Of a stretch of DNA of 64,000 nucleotides, positions 10,508 through 19,683 are shown piece by piece. This stretch comes from Candidatus Bathyarchaeia archaeon (GTDB taxonomy: Archaea > Thermoproteota > Bathyarchaeia > Bathyarchaeales > Bathycorpusculaceae). Every line of letters starts with the position of its first letter. The stretch's first letter is position 1. A program made the translations under genes and the position numbers. The DNA is taken from contig JBEKTQ010000004.1 of NCBI GenBank assembly GCA_049515895.1, positions 64,001 to 128,000 of the forward strand, written 5' to 3'. The notes below the pieces were generated by a model. That model was not told where the DNA came from. It saw only the letters and a program-made list of their open reading frames with translations, and made no database searches.

Positions 10508-11170
10508 ATGCAAATTAACGCTGACCTTCACGTTCATAGTAACTATTCAAAGGATTCGCTGATTACCCCAAAAGACCTCGTATACTACGCAAAGAAGCGG
10601 GGTTTGACCGCTGTTGCTGTAACAGACCATAACCAGATTGAGGGCAGCTGGAAAATTGCTAAAGAAGCGGACTTTCTGGTTATTCCGGGTATGGAAGTCT
10701 CAAGCGCAGACGGCCATATAGTCGCATTAAACCTCAAAGAGTTAATTCCAAAAGGTTTCAGCGCTCAGGAAACGGTTGACCGAATCCACAGGGCAGGCGG
10801 AATTGCAGTTGCAGTTCATCCTTACGCTTGGTTTAAAGGCAGCTTAACAAGCCATGTAAAAGATGCAAAATTTGACGCTGTCGAGACTTTGAATGCTTCT
10901 GCTTTCCCTTTTAACCGTTGCAAACGCAAGGCAGCTGAAGTAGCTCAGAAACTTGCCCTACCATGTGTAGGCGGAACCGATGCGCATTACGGCCCAACGA
11001 TTGGTTACGGTTGCACTGCTATTGATTCTGAACCGACTGTTGACGCAATAGTTAAGGCGATTGTAAATGGGAATTGTAAGCCTTTTGGGCAGCCTGTTCC
11101 TTTAACTTTTACTTTACAACGGCAGTTTAAGCTCATAAAACGCAAGATTTCTCGTGCTGACCGCAGATAG
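10508..11170 (+). CDS. PHP-domain metal-dependent phosphoesterase
   Basis: DLHVHS, AVTDHN, GMEVS, AVHP, GGTDAH. Confidence 0.88.
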   Translation: MQINADLHVHSNYSKDSLITPKDLVYYAKKRGLTAVAVTDHNQIEGSWKIAKEADFLVIPGMEVSSADGHIVALNLKELIPKGFSAQETVDRIHRAGGIAVAVHPYAWFKGSLTSHVKDAKFDAVETLNASAFPFNRCKRKAAEVAQKLALPCVGGTDAHYGPTIGYGCTAIDSEPTVDAIVKAIVNGNCKPFGQPVPLTFTLQRQFKLIKRKISRADRR

Positions 11171-11328
11171 TAAAGCAGGCAACTCTTTTTTCGATTTTCT
11201 CTTCCAGCTGATAATCTTTGATTTTCAGTTGAGCGAAAGAATCATGTTATAAGGAAGAAGTGGGGAACTTTTATCTAATAGTCAAATAAAAGAATGTAAT
11301 CTGAGGACTCTAAAAAGAGGCGCATTAG

Positions 11329-12648
11329 ATGGCAGACGGAACATACTGGAACAAAAGAGTTGAAACCATGCCTGCTCAAGAATTAAAGAAACGTCAGCTT
11401 GAAGAGCTGAAAAGGCTGGCAAAGCATTGTTATGAGAATAGTTCTTTTTACAAGAAAAGACTTGACAGCGTAGGATTAAAACCTGAAAGCATACATTCAC
11501 TTGACGATCTCACAAAGATTCCCTTCACAGTCAAGAGCGATTTGAAAGACAATTATCCTTTTGGGATGGTCGCCGCTAAATCTGACGAGATAGTGGAGAT
11601 TCATGCTTCAAGTGGAACAACTGGAAACCCCATAGTCGGAGCATACACTCAACATGACATTGATGTTTGGCAAGAACTTATGGCTAGGTCAATCTACGTA
11701 GCAGGCGGAAGACGCCAAGATACAATACACATCGCCTATGGCTACGGTTTGTTCACCGGCGGCTTCGGTTTTCATTACGGCGCTCAAAAAATTGGGGCGA
11801 AAATTGTTCCTGCAAGCGGCGGGATGACTCAACGTCAAATAAAGCTCATGAAAGATTTGGGCGTCACGATTCTGGCTTGCACCCCAAGCTTCGCGGTTTA
11901 TCTGGCTGAAACTATGGCTCAAGAAGGCGTTGACCCGAAGAAAGACCTTAAACTTAAAATTGGGATGTTTGGGGCAGAGCCTTGGTCCGACAAGATAAGG
12001 GAAAGAATAGAGAACGAGTTAGGCATTAATGCTTTTGACGTTTACGGGTTAACCGAGCTTTGTGGTCCAGGCGTTGCCATTGAATGCGCTGAGCATAAGG
12101 GACTTCACATTTGGGAAGACCATTTTATCGTGGAAACCATTGATTCTGACACAGGCGAGGTTTTGCCTGCCGGCGAGGAAGGAGAATTGGTCTTTACTGG
12201 CTTGACGAAAATGGGGCTTCCGATGCTTAGGTACCGGACCCGAGACATATCGAAGGTAGAAACGGAAAAATGCGCCTGCGGACGGACCCATGCCAGGATG
12301 ATGCGTGTTCAAGGTAGGTCAGATGACATGCTGATTATTCGTGGAGTAAACGTGTTCCCATCGCAAATCGAATACGCGGTAATGTGTTTCTCGGAGCTTG
12401 CCGCTCAATACGTGATTATTGTCGACAGACCAGGCGCCTTAGATACGTTTGTTGTTAAGGTTGAATTATCTGAGAAAGCAGCTAAAGATCCCAAAGTAGA
12501 TACGAACGCGTTGAAAAACAGCATTCAAAAGCAAATTCATATAGTAACGGGTATCTCCGCTGACGTTGAAATTGTGAAGCCGGGTGAGCTTCCGAGGACT
12601 GAGGGAAAAGCAAAAAGGGTTCTGGACTTACGCAAAGGCAAAATGTAA
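11329..12648 (+). CDS. paaK: Phenylacetate-CoA ligase
   Basis: HASSGTTGNP, YGYGLFTGG, DVYGLTE, RYRTRD, GRSDDMLIIRGVNVFP, GKAKRVLD. Confidence 0.92.
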   Translation: MADGTYWNKRVETMPAQELKKRQLEELKRLAKHCYENSSFYKKRLDSVGLKPESIHSLDDLTKIPFTVKSDLKDNYPFGMVAAKSDEIVEIHASSGTTGNPIVGAYTQHDIDVWQELMARSIYVAGGRRQDTIHIAYGYGLFTGGFGFHYGAQKIGAKIVPASGGMTQRQIKLMKDLGVTILACTPSFAVYLAETMAQEGVDPKKDLKLKIGMFGAEPWSDKIRERIENELGINAFDVYGLTELCGPGVAIECAEHKGLHIWEDHFIVETIDSDTGEVLPAGEEGELVFTGLTKMGLPMLRYRTRDISKVETEKCACGRTHARMMRVQGRSDDMLIIRGVNVFPSQIEYAVMCFSELAAQYVIIVDRPGALDTFVVKVELSEKAAKDPKVDTNALKNSIQKQIHIVTGISADVEIVKPGELPRTEGKAKRVLDLRKGKM

Positions 12649-12660
12649 AGGACTAAACCT

Positions 12661-14850
12661 ATGACTTCCAAAATTGCTGTAGATAAGCCGGGCGATTTTG
12701 CCTTGCTTAACGGCGATGAAGCAGTTGCTAGAGGCGCTGTTGAAGCCTCCGTCAAAGTAGCCGCTTCTTACCCCGGAACACCCGCTACCGAAATTTTGGA
12801 AACCCTAGCTGAAGTATCAAAAGAATTTGACATCTACGCAGAATGGAGCATAAACGAGATTGTTGCCACCGAGGTAGCTGCCGGCGCTTCGATGGCAGGT
12901 GTTCGCTCTATTGTTTCAATGAAACATGTTGGCCTAAACGTTGCCTCGGATGCGGCCATGACATTGGCATACACTGGAGTTGAGGGTGGACTGTTAATCG
13001 CTGTCTGTGATGACCCAGCTTTGCATAGCAGCCAAAACGAGCAGGACACAAGATATTTTGCGGTTCATTCGAAGTTGCCTTTGCTGGATGCGGGAAATCC
13101 GCAGGAAGCCTTGGATATGGCTAGAGAAGCGTTTGAATTAAGCGAAAGGCTGCATTTGCCAGTTATCTTGCGTTTGACGACAAGGGTTGCTCATGGGAAG
13201 GCTCGAGTGAGACTTGGTCGGTTGCATAAGTTGAGTCGAAAAGCTGATTTTGATAAACAAGGTTCAAAATGGGTAATGGTTCCGGCTAACGCAATTCGGC
13301 AGCACAGAGTCTTAGAAGTAAAGATGGCAGAAACAAAAACACTTGTTAATCATTCAAAGTTTAATGTGATTGAAGATAATGCGAGCGACATAGGAATTAT
13401 AGGAAGTGGAGTAGGTTACTATTATGCCCGTTCAGTGCTCGACACGAAAAAGTTTTCTTGGTTAAAGCTAGGTTTCGTTCATCCTTTTCCTCAGGAGATT
13501 GTTGAAAGATTTGCGCTCAAAGTAAAAAAACTCATAATAATTGAGGAGCTAAGGCCGTACATTGAAGAAAATATCCAGCGGTTAGGTCTGCAAGCCCTTG
13601 GAAAAAATCAGTTAGGCTTGGAGGAAATTGGCGAGTTAACGCCCGATAATGTACGCCAAGCCTTCGCAAGTTTAGGGTTAACAGCTAAAGCAGAGCCGCA
13701 GGAATCATTGAACTTGCAGCCAAGACCACCCAATCTTTGCCCAGGCTGTCCTCACAGAGCTTTTTATTATGCCCTAAACATGGTAAATCAGCATGTTAAC
13801 TGTGACAACGACAAATGCGTCGGCTGTGACATTTGCGAGTACGTTTGCTCTTTTGAGAAGGAGGGAGTTTTTAACCCGCTTAAGTCGCGTATCCGCTCGG
13901 TGAGGCTTGGTCAAGTTTTCAACACCGCGATAACATGCAAAGCCTGCATTGACGCCCCATGCATTACCGCTTGCCCGGAAAAAGCTCTGGCGCGGTCAAA
14001 TAAAAGCGGAGCTATCATGGTCGACCAAGAAAAATGCAAGGGCTGCCCATGGTGCATCGAAGCATGTGAGTTCGGCGCAGTTACGGTCAACTCGCGCACA
14101 CGTAAAGCCATAATATGCGACACATGCAGCGGGGAACCCAAATGCATTCCTTTTTGCCCCGAGGGAGCTTTGAGCTTATCTGGAAAATCAAACGACAAAA
14201 TCGTTACAGGCGACATCGGCTGCTACACGCTTGGTGTTTTGCCGCCTGTCAACACGGTTCAAACGTGCTTGTGTATGGGGGCTGGGATTTCCCAGGCTGC
14301 AGGAATGTTTCATGCTGGTGTAAAGGATAAGGTGTTCTCGGTTATCGGTGACTCGACGTTTTTCCACGCGGGTATGCCTGGGTTGATGAATATAGTGTAT
14401 AACAGGGCTAACGTATGCGTGGTCATCATGGATAATAGCACGGTTGCGATGACGGGGCATCAGCCTACGCCTGGCTCGGGAAAAACAGCGATGGGAGCGG
14501 ACGCTAAAATCCTGAAGCTGGTAGACGTTGCTAAGGGGCTTGGAATAGACAAAGTGGCGGTTGTTGACCCGTATGATATTGAAGGCACAATTTCATCTCT
14601 AAGGAAAATTATTGATTACGATGGTCCATCTGTCATCATTTCACAGAGACCCTGCCCCCTTTTGATTGAAAGAGGCAAGCCTAGGGAAACCACGGATAAG
14701 TGTAATGACTGCGAGGTTTGCACGAAAGCTTTCGGCTGCCCCGCCATCTACAAAGTAAACGGACAAGTTGAGATAGATTCATCGCTCTGCTACGGATGCG
14801 GCGTCTGCGAAGTCGTCTGCCCCTTTGAAGCGATTAGGAGGAAAGAATGA
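12661..14850 (+). CDS. iorA: Indolepyruvate:ferredoxin oxidoreductase alpha subunit with an inserted 4x[4Fe-4S] domain
   Basis: YPGTP, MKHVGLNVA, SSQNEQD, RPPNLCPGCPHR, GDIGCYTLG, IGDSTFFH, AMTGHQ, C-terminal 2[4Fe-4S]; extra ~130-aa Cys-rich insert. Confidence 0.93.
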   Translation: MTSKIAVDKPGDFALLNGDEAVARGAVEASVKVAASYPGTPATEILETLAEVSKEFDIYAEWSINEIVATEVAAGASMAGVRSIVSMKHVGLNVASDAAMTLAYTGVEGGLLIAVCDDPALHSSQNEQDTRYFAVHSKLPLLDAGNPQEALDMAREAFELSERLHLPVILRLTTRVAHGKARVRLGRLHKLSRKADFDKQGSKWVMVPANAIRQHRVLEVKMAETKTLVNHSKFNVIEDNASDIGIIGSGVGYYYARSVLDTKKFSWLKLGFVHPFPQEIVERFALKVKKLIIIEELRPYIEENIQRLGLQALGKNQLGLEEIGELTPDNVRQAFASLGLTAKAEPQESLNLQPRPPNLCPGCPHRAFYYALNMVNQHVNCDNDKCVGCDICEYVCSFEKEGVFNPLKSRIRSVRLGQVFNTAITCKACIDAPCITACPEKALARSNKSGAIMVDQEKCKGCPWCIEACEFGAVTVNSRTRKAIICDTCSGEPKCIPFCPEGALSLSGKSNDKIVTGDIGCYTLGVLPPVNTVQTCLCMGAGISQAAGMFHAGVKDKVFSVIGDSTFFHAGMPGLMNIVYNRANVCVVIMDNSTVAMTGHQPTPGSGKTAMGADAKILKLVDVAKGLGIDKVAVVDPYDIEGTISSLRKIIDYDGPSVIISQRPCPLLIERGKPRETTDKCNDCEVCTKAFGCPAIYKVNGQVEIDSSLCYGCGVCEVVCPFEAIRRKE

Positions 14851-15440
14851 TGAATCGTCTCGACACAGTTTTCAGCGGCGTCGGTGGACAGGGAGTTGTA
14901 GTTTTAAGCGATATTTTCTGTGAAGCCGCAATACTGGAAGGATTTGATGTAGCGAAGGCTGAAATTCATGGGATGGCGCAGCGGGGCGGTTCAATAGTTG
15001 CTTACGCGAGAATAGGCAATAAAGTTGAGTCGCCAATGATTGAAACTGGGAAGGCTGATGTTCTAGTGGGTTTTGAGGTTCTCGAGGCTGCGAGGGCTTC
15101 GCCGATGCTTAAGCGGGGCGGCGATGTAATTGTTAATATGAAGTATATTCAGCCTTGTATCACTGGCTCAGACGTGAAGCCTAAGAAGGCGGATGAGCTG
15201 ATGCAGATTTTGAGGGAGAAAGCGCAGGTGCATGAAGTTGACGGGGCAGGCATCGCTGAGAAGCTTGGGAACTTGTTGGTTGTGAATACAATTCTGCTAG
15301 GGGCGCTCTCAGCACTTCCTGAAGTCCCGGTTAAGGCAGAGTCGTTCAAGCTTGCTATCGCAGGCAGGCTTAGAGAAAAATACATCAACGTGAACTTAAA
15401 GGCGTTTAAAATGGGCAGAGACAGCGTTCAACCTAGCTAA
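14847..15440 (+). CDS. iorB: Indolepyruvate:ferredoxin oxidoreductase beta subunit
   Basis: GVGGQG, EIHGMAQRGGS, NTILLGAL, NLKAF; overlaps the iorA stop. Confidence 0.93.
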   Translation: MMNRLDTVFSGVGGQGVVVLSDIFCEAAILEGFDVAKAEIHGMAQRGGSIVAYARIGNKVESPMIETGKADVLVGFEVLEAARASPMLKRGGDVIVNMKYIQPCITGSDVKPKKADELMQILREKAQVHEVDGAGIAEKLGNLLVVNTILLGALSALPEVPVKAESFKLAIAGRLREKYINVNLKAFKMGRDSVQPS

Positions 15441-15775
15441 TTTGACCTATCAGTTTTCAGTTTTATGACCGGTTTGTACTTTGCTCTTTTCTTTTTAGGT
15501 GTTTTTTTTGGTACCAGGAGACGCATCATACCAATGGCTAAAGCAACATTAGACTTTCAATGTGGCATGGGTTCCTTCACGCCAAGCTCAGTTATTCTGT
15601 ATGATACTAGATTCAAACGTGACTTAGAGTCAGTTGAAGAACTAAATAGAAACTCAATCTTGCAAAAAATCTTGATAGACGCCTTTTGTGGGCTAGCGAG
15701 TAAGCTTTAAATTGCTCGTGTACGCACACACAAAAAAGGAGAGGGCGACCAACGAATAGGCAAGAGGCAGTTTCG

Positions 15776-15976
15776 TTGTTGAAAGAAATAATGACTGAAT
15801 GCGAGTCATTCCTTACTGCTAACGCAGTATCAATAGAGCATAACAAAGCAAACCGTAGTTGGGAACTCCGAGTCAGCTGGACTCCTCACCCTTCAGAGAC
15901 TGAGTGTTTAGAAAAAATCGTTGCCAAGCATAGTTTAGAAATGATTACGACAAACGAACGAACAGTTTTCCGTTGA
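15776..15976 (+). CDS. Small hypothetical protein
   Basis: 66-aa ORF with protein-like composition, convergent with the next small gene; no motif recognised. Confidence 0.4.
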   Translation: MLKEIMTECESFLTANAVSIEHNKANRSWELRVSWTPHPSETECLEKIVAKHSLEMITTNERTVFR

Positions 15977-15987
15977 ACATAACGTGG

Positions 15988-16128
15988 CTATCTTGATTTC
16001 TTAAAATGATTTCCGCATTTTTTACAAGTATAAGCTTGAACCGAGAAAACCGTATTAACAAAAGATTTATCCGGTTTTGAAGTGTCTTCTCCACACGTAG
16101 GACATCTAGCCAACACAGTGCCATCCAT
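15988..16128 (-). CDS. Small Zn-ribbon protein (46 aa)
   Basis: MDGTVLARCPTCG...YTCKKCGNHFKKSR, two CxxC pairs. Confidence 0.6.
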   Translation of the reverse strand: MDGTVLARCPTCGEDTSKPDKSFVNTVFSVQAYTCKKCGNHFKKSR

Positions 16129-16293
16129 GTTAACGCAACTTACAATGTAAGGAAGTAAATAGGTTATGAAGGTTTGTTGGCACAAAAAGATACAACAAAA
16201 CATTATTCAACAATAATCTTTTCTCCCGAAAGCCAAAAATGGGTTTAAATGGATGAAAACGGCACAGTTAATATATAAACACCTTAGATTTCT

Positions 16294-17346
16294 TCAAGTT
16301 GCATTGTTTCTTGCGAGATCGAGAATTTTGTTGTTTATCATTTCCCAAAGGTCAATTTCTGGGATGGGGCTAAAACCGGGGTGGAATTGTTCCTTGGCGA
16401 TCTCGTAAATTGCTTTGTTAATTGGCATTGGAATACCTACGTTGCGGGCTAATTCAAGCATGTATCCGCTTAATGATTCCAGTTCAGTGTTTGGTTTTCC
16501 GCTAAAGACGTCTTGTGTCATGCTGGTTGGTCCAACCCTGTTTACGATGAAGTCGTGGAGAGGATTTGCTGGTGATTCTGGGATGTTGACTGCTGTCTGG
16601 ATATCGTTCCAAGAGGGCATGCTGCCAAGCTTGTGCTCTTTAATGCCCGCTGCTTGCAGCACTTGGATTCCTTCTCCCAGAAGTCTTGTTGTCATATGAA
16701 CAAGGATCTTTTCAGACTCGACCGATCGTTTTCGGAATCCAACAAGCGCCATTAACGCGTTTATCAGGTTAATTGCTAACTTGCAATGAACTGCATCACG
16801 TAAACGATTGGTAACAAAGCATTCTAATCCGGGACATAAGATGTTTTTAACCTTTTCAAGTTCAGGTTGTAAATCATTGTTTGGGGTTCCAATAATTAGG
16901 TATCCTCGTTTTACATAAGTGGCTTTCCCGAAGCCGTCTCGCCACGCGTTGTAGCAAACGACGCCATAAATTGCTTTAGAAAAATACTTAGGTAGTATCT
17001 GCTGGTTTTCTAGGCCGTTCTGAAAGCTCGCGACGATTGGCTGACAATTTCCAAGTTGATACCGAAGCGTTTGCGATGTTTTGTCAAGGTCATAGTTTTT
17101 CACTGTTATGATCATGATTTCTGGAGGCTGAATCTCGTCTAGCGACTCAATTACTTTTACTGGCATTGAAGCAGTCTCGGCTTCTTCACCTATTTTGTGA
17201 AGCCGTAGGCCGTGTCTTTTAATCGCAGCTACGCTTTCGCCTCGTGCTAGAAGATACAAGCTTTCGTTGTGAGGAAATATCCAGCCTGCTATGCTTAAAC
17301 CGATTGCCCCTGCCCCGACGATTAGAACATTGGGTTTTTCTTTCAA
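16294..17346 (-). CDS. Ketopantoate reductase family protein (PanE/ApbA)
   Basis: GAGAIG, ITVKNYD, FQNG, CKLAIN, SMTQD, ELESLSG. Confidence 0.8.
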   Translation of the reverse strand: MKEKPNVLIVGAGAIGLSIAGWIFPHNESLYLLARGESVAAIKRHGLRLHKIGEEAETASMPVKVIESLDEIQPPEIMIITVKNYDLDKTSQTLRYQLGNCQPIVASFQNGLENQQILPKYFSKAIYGVVCYNAWRDGFGKATYVKRGYLIIGTPNNDLQPELEKVKNILCPGLECFVTNRLRDAVHCKLAINLINALMALVGFRKRSVESEKILVHMTTRLLGEGIQVLQAAGIKEHKLGSMPSWNDIQTAVNIPESPANPLHDFIVNRVGPTSMTQDVFSGKPNTELESLSGYMLELARNVGIPMPINKAIYEIAKEQFHPGFSPIPEIDLWEMINNKILDLARNNAT

Positions 17347-17682
17347 GGGATAACAACACCTTGTTCAGAGCGAGCGAGATAATTATAATTTGCTAAGAGG
17401 AAGTCGATAAGCTAAGGGTCCAGATGGGGCAATGACTCGCTTATGTTTTCCGCTATATCAGCAATCAAGGCTGTTAGGTTGTCTGATACGCCATTCTCAT
17501 GAAAATTGAAGAAGTAGAAAACAATGCCATACCAAACAAGGGCACGCTTGCATAGCGTCGACTGTAAACTAGACTAATTCAGGAACACATTAAAAAAATG
17601 AATCCGAAAAACCAGGTTGATTTCAAACCGTCCCCTAATAAAGAACAGATTCGTTTTTTCTTAAATGTATGTTTTTCCTTCT

Positions 17683-17859
17683 TTATTCTGCGCGTTTGAG
17701 ACTGAGGGGTTTTGATGCTTCTCGCTTTGATGCTTTCTTTACTTCAATTTCATCGTAATCCTGAGCGTACAGGTTTTTTTCAAGAGCCTGAAGGTCAAGA
17801 AAAACGTAGTGAGTATCTCCGTCTTCAGAATCAACCCTGACTACCTGTAAATGTTTCAT
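17683..17859 (-). CDS. Small hypothetical protein (58 aa, below ORF-track cutoff)
   Basis: Manual translation MKHLQVVRVDSEDGDTHYVFLDLQALEKNLYAQDYDEIEVKKASKREASKPLSLKRAE. Confidence 0.45.
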   Translation of the reverse strand: MKHLQVVRVDSEDGDTHYVFLDLQALEKNLYAQDYDEIEVKKASKREASKPLSLKRAE

Positions 17860-18312
17860 TGATTAGTCTTCTCAACTTGATAACTGCGGTAGTGAGAATT
17901 AAGCGTGTTCGATTTTTTCTTGGTCAATTTGATTCAGCAAATAGGAAGAATTACTACAATTTTGTCAAGTTATCTGAGTATTCTCTTTTTTTGGACTTAG
18001 TTTTAAAGCCCTATATTAAATCTATTATATATATGGGTACATACCAACGCCCATCTTCAGGTAAACTTGTCTTCTTTTCCTTGTGCTTGCAGTAATATGA
18101 TTGACTACCAATTCAACATCAGCAACAAGTCAAGACGCGATGCCGCCTCACTTAAAAATAACGCAATCAACACGTTCTCCAGCACCTTATTATAAAGAAG
18201 GCAAATACCCAAAAAAATACCCACGCAGTTTTTTCTTTGAAAGAAAACTATAACCCTCAAGCTTTCGAAATTAGTTTATGAAGTTGATATGAACCAACTG
18301 AAGTTGAAGCCG

Positions 18313-18663
18313 CTAAGGTACTTCGCCTTTAAAATTCCAAGATGCAACATGCTCCAACTCATGCTCTAAGGCGTTAACAAGAGGAACTGTTTGTTTAACA
18401 AAGATAACAAAATGTCCCTTGAATCTAAATGTATAGGCCTCAATGAACTTGTTGTCAACTTTTATTCCATACTCCTTAACCCTAGTATCAATAACTTTAT
18501 TTTGTTTCTGTAACAATCCAAGCGTCGACAAAAACTCGTTCTCTTCCAATGTAAATGCATAAACATCTGGAAAAGGTTTATCCGAAATTTTTCCCCAAAC
18601 GCTTCTAAGAATCTTGTTTGAAACGCTCTTAGCGGACTGAGTTTCGGGGTTTATTTTTCTCAC
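18313..18663 (-). CDS. Hypothetical protein with HExxH motif
   Basis: C-terminal LEHELEHV resembles a zincin motif. Confidence 0.55.
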   Translation of the reverse strand: MRKINPETQSAKSVSNKILRSVWGKISDKPFPDVYAFTLEENEFLSTLGLLQKQNKVIDTRVKEYGIKVDNKFIEAYTFRFKGHFVIFVKQTVPLVNALEHELEHVASWNFKGEVP

Positions 18664-18790
18664 TCACATCAAGTCTTAACTGGGTACAAGAGACCTTTTT
18701 AGTTTTTCTCTTACAGGTTCTGTCAATTGCAGTTATCGCGTTGCTTTATCAGTTCCATAATTCTTATATTGCTCTGCGCGAAATCAGCAA

Positions 18791-19021
18791 TTGGTGTTTC
18801 TTTTGACTTGTTGGAAATGGTTTAATGGAGTTTTGAAAGAAGCAAATGTGGAAATTACCGACGAAAACCATGAAAAAATTGACAAATTCATCCATAAGTT
18901 CATAGGCGATCAATCGAGTTACGGGCGATGTTCAACAGATTGGAAAAAAGCAAGTAAAGAAATCAAAGCAAATCCAGAACTGAAGAAAGAGTTCATACTG
19001 AAACTCAAAACGCTACAGTAG
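18791..19021 (+). CDS. Small hypothetical protein
   Basis: 76-aa charged helical ORF (CWKW...RCSTDWK). Confidence 0.55.
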   Translation: MVFLLTCWKWFNGVLKEANVEITDENHEKIDKFIHKFIGDQSSYGRCSTDWKKASKEIKANPELKKEFILKLKTLQ

Positions 19022-19177
19022 TCTTGGCCTCAATTAATAAGCCCCATTTTTTGTTAACAAACTATTTCCTTGACGGGAATCTCAGGTTTGGTTTTTTGAG
19101 TTTGCTAAATCAATCCTTTTAGTTTTCCTATACGCCTTGGTTGTAAATGCGTTGAATTTGGGTTCTTTTTTCTGTCT

Positions 19178-19681
19178 TTAACTTGTTTTTTCTGTCGGTT
19201 TTTGGAGCAGCTTTCTAATGGCGCTGATTCTTGCTTTTTGAGCTAGTGTATCGCTAGTGACAAGGGTCAATGCTTCTTCAGGGCACCATTTGACGCATTG
19301 GGGTCCGTCGGGTTTGTCTTTGCAGAGGTCGCAGACGTAGACCACTTTGGTTTCGGGATGCAGCATTATGGCGCCGTAGTCGCATGCTTCGATGCACCAT
19401 CCGCAGCCGTTGCATTTGTCCTTGTCAAGGACAATGTTTCCGGTATCCTCTGACTGTGTGAGTGCATTTTTTGGACAAGCCGCTACGCACGCTGGGGCCT
19501 CGCAGAGCCTGCATGTAACTGACATGTTGGCGACTTGGTTAACGCGGACAACGCGTATGCGTGATTTAAGGGGGTTGAATGCTTTTTCTTTGGTGAATGA
19601 GCAGGCGTATTCGCAGATTTGGCAGCCTACACATTTTTCCGGGTCAACTGAAACGAATTTTCTTTCGCGAGTTTTGACCAT
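19178..19681 (-). CDS. 4x[4Fe-4S] electron-transfer subunit (DmsB/HydN-like) of AOR
   Basis: 16 Cys in four cluster motifs; 2 nt downstream of aor. Confidence 0.9.
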   Translation of the reverse strand: MVKTRERKFVSVDPEKCVGCQICEYACSFTKEKAFNPLKSRIRVVRVNQVANMSVTCRLCEAPACVAACPKNALTQSEDTGNIVLDKDKCNGCGWCIEACDYGAIMLHPETKVVYVCDLCKDKPDGPQCVKWCPEEALTLVTSDTLAQKARISAIRKLLQKPTEKTS

Positions 19682-19683
19682 TT

